Below, piece after piece: positions 62,568 through 64,000 of a stretch of 64,000 nucleotides of DNA. The notes below the pieces were generated by a model, which did not search any database, had not been told where the DNA came from, and saw nothing but the letters and a program-made list of their open reading frames with translations. Origin of the DNA: Lepidodermella squamata (lineage: Eukaryota; Animalia; Gastrotricha); contig JBLDXI010000009.1 in the NCBI GenBank assembly GCA_047495785.1, forward strand, positions 1,736,001 to 1,800,000, read 5' to 3'. The position numbers and the translations under genes are program-made. Positions within the stretch are counted from its first letter, which is position 1; every line of letters starts with the position of its first letter.

Positions 62568-64000
62568 TCAATTGATGTTGAGGTTAAAATTAAAAGAATT
62601 AGCTAGAATGAGATCGATTTGTTCGTCGATTTCGGCAGTCGGTGGCCGGCGAGTGTGGCTGATCACCGGCGTAACAGGCGGCGGAACACGCTCGTTTTGA
62701 TCCGAATTAGTCGTGCGAGGCGCTCGAGCGCTTTGATACATGTCCTTGAGGCGAGCCATGACGTCTTTATGAGCGGATTTCGGCATTTCTCGCTTCACAG
62801 ATGCGAAGTTTTCGGAAACGAACGACGTCCATGCGTTTTTCGGTTTCTCCGAGCGGGGAGTTTCAGGAACTGCCGGCGTTCCTTCCTCAGCAGCAGATTG
62901 AGGTAAAGTGCCCACTGCAAGTTTCAAAGTTCCATGACAACGACCGCATCTCTGAAAAATTCGAAAATGTTTTGTATCACCTTAAATATTAAGAATTATA
63001 CCTGCGTGTTGACATCGATTGATTTTGAATGCCTTCCATACTGGTGGGCGCATATTTGGCAGATGTAGACGTACTTCGTCTGAATCGTATAACGATGGCA
63101 AACAGTGACAGGCGGCAACATTGGGAACGTCTTCGCAACAACTCGGGTCCATTTAACCCAAAGAGGGCCGTGACGGTGGTGTAAAACTCCATCAATCATA
63201 GTCACAGCAGCGTGGCATAGTTCGTGGATAAGGGTATCTCGCAGCCGGCCACGAGTATCGCAAACTTTTTCAGCCAATCGAATGCGACAGGTCCTAGAAC
63301 CAACCGCGCCTTTTGTCGTCGTATCCCCAGCGGTTTTGAGCAAGCGCTTCGTGAACTCGATCGCCACAACTTGCATCGGCATTTTGTTTTCAAAGCACCG
63401 TCTGTTCATTATATCAGCTACCCGACTAGCGATTTCAAGTCGGCATTTGTTGAAGGCTCGTTTCTGCTTCTTCGCATCGTCTGTTACGTCATCAGCGGAT
63501 AATTTGTACAAATACTCGGCGTCTTCATCCATCGGTTTTTCCGGTCTGGCTTTGACAGCTGGTTTCACGGCAGTTTTCGGGTAGATTTTCACGGAAGCGG
63601 GTATTGACGGTTGTTTGAAGAGCGAACCATCTGATTCACTGGCTTTTGGCTGCAACGGTTTCCGCTCAGATTCAGGCAATTTCTTCGGTTTTTCCTTCGA
63701 AATCGGAGTTTTAGGTACCAATACCTTCGGCGAAAAGGACTTTTTCGTTACAATTTTCTTTACTAGCCGCTTTTCATCCTCCATTTGAAGTTGAAGAAAT
63801 AATTTTCTAGCATGCGAAATTTCGTCGACAGGAGATTCTGAATCAGATCGGTCTTCCTCGGATTCTTCATTTTCTTCCTCGCTTTCATCGCTGTTATCTG
63901 TCCAAGTCCGCTCCAGATCATCATCAACTTCATCGTCATCGACAATGAAAGAATCCATGGCAGATTTTGACTTCTTCAAAGCGGAATTTTTAGGCTGGAC
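62568..64000 (-). CDS. GCNA: GCNA/ACRC SprT-like protease, 5' end outside window
   Basis: Acidic disordered region (DSFIVDDDE), RLLKTAG, RLRDTLIHELCHAA (HExxH), HGPLW, zinc finger CQIC..YGRHSKSID...CGRC and HMG-like NAWTSFVSENFASVK. Intron at about 63001-62952. Confidence 0.93.

Overview
Gene-dense nuclear DNA from an animal (not prokaryotic), with GT-AG introns mostly 45-60 nt long, so the ORF track fragments most genes. I reconstructed about 19 protein-coding genes by hand-splicing. In order: a secreted Cys-rich protein (partial), AS3MT, a TRIM RING/B-box/coiled-coil/NHL-like ligase whose 5.9-kb intron holds transposon relics, B3GLCT, Polycomblike (PHF1/MTF2/PHF19), synergin gamma, DCAF15, ERK, an NLR-like LRR protein, PRDM14, a secreted Sushi-ankyrin protein, a small secreted orphan, ZnT1-type SLC30A, a DEDH Argonaute, a SEA/Cys-module mucin, an NWD1/2-like NACHT-WD40 gene with a nested antisense LicD/fukutin-family gene, PRKRIP1, LSM11 and GCNA (partial). 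The strongest system-level signal is co-oriented genes 48-670 bp apart with 3' splice acceptors just before their ATGs. In two junctions AATAAA lies exactly 42 nt before the acceptor. This pattern suggests spliced-leader trans-splicing and polycistronic operons. Other notable items: two STAND/NLR-related proteins that appear unable to bind ATP, extracellular ankyrin repeats, a repeated 6-Cys module shared by two secreted proteins, a candidate 15-nt microexon and a CGCG-rich domain upstream of PRDM14. All homology calls come from recalled motifs, not database searches. Exon boundaries are manual.
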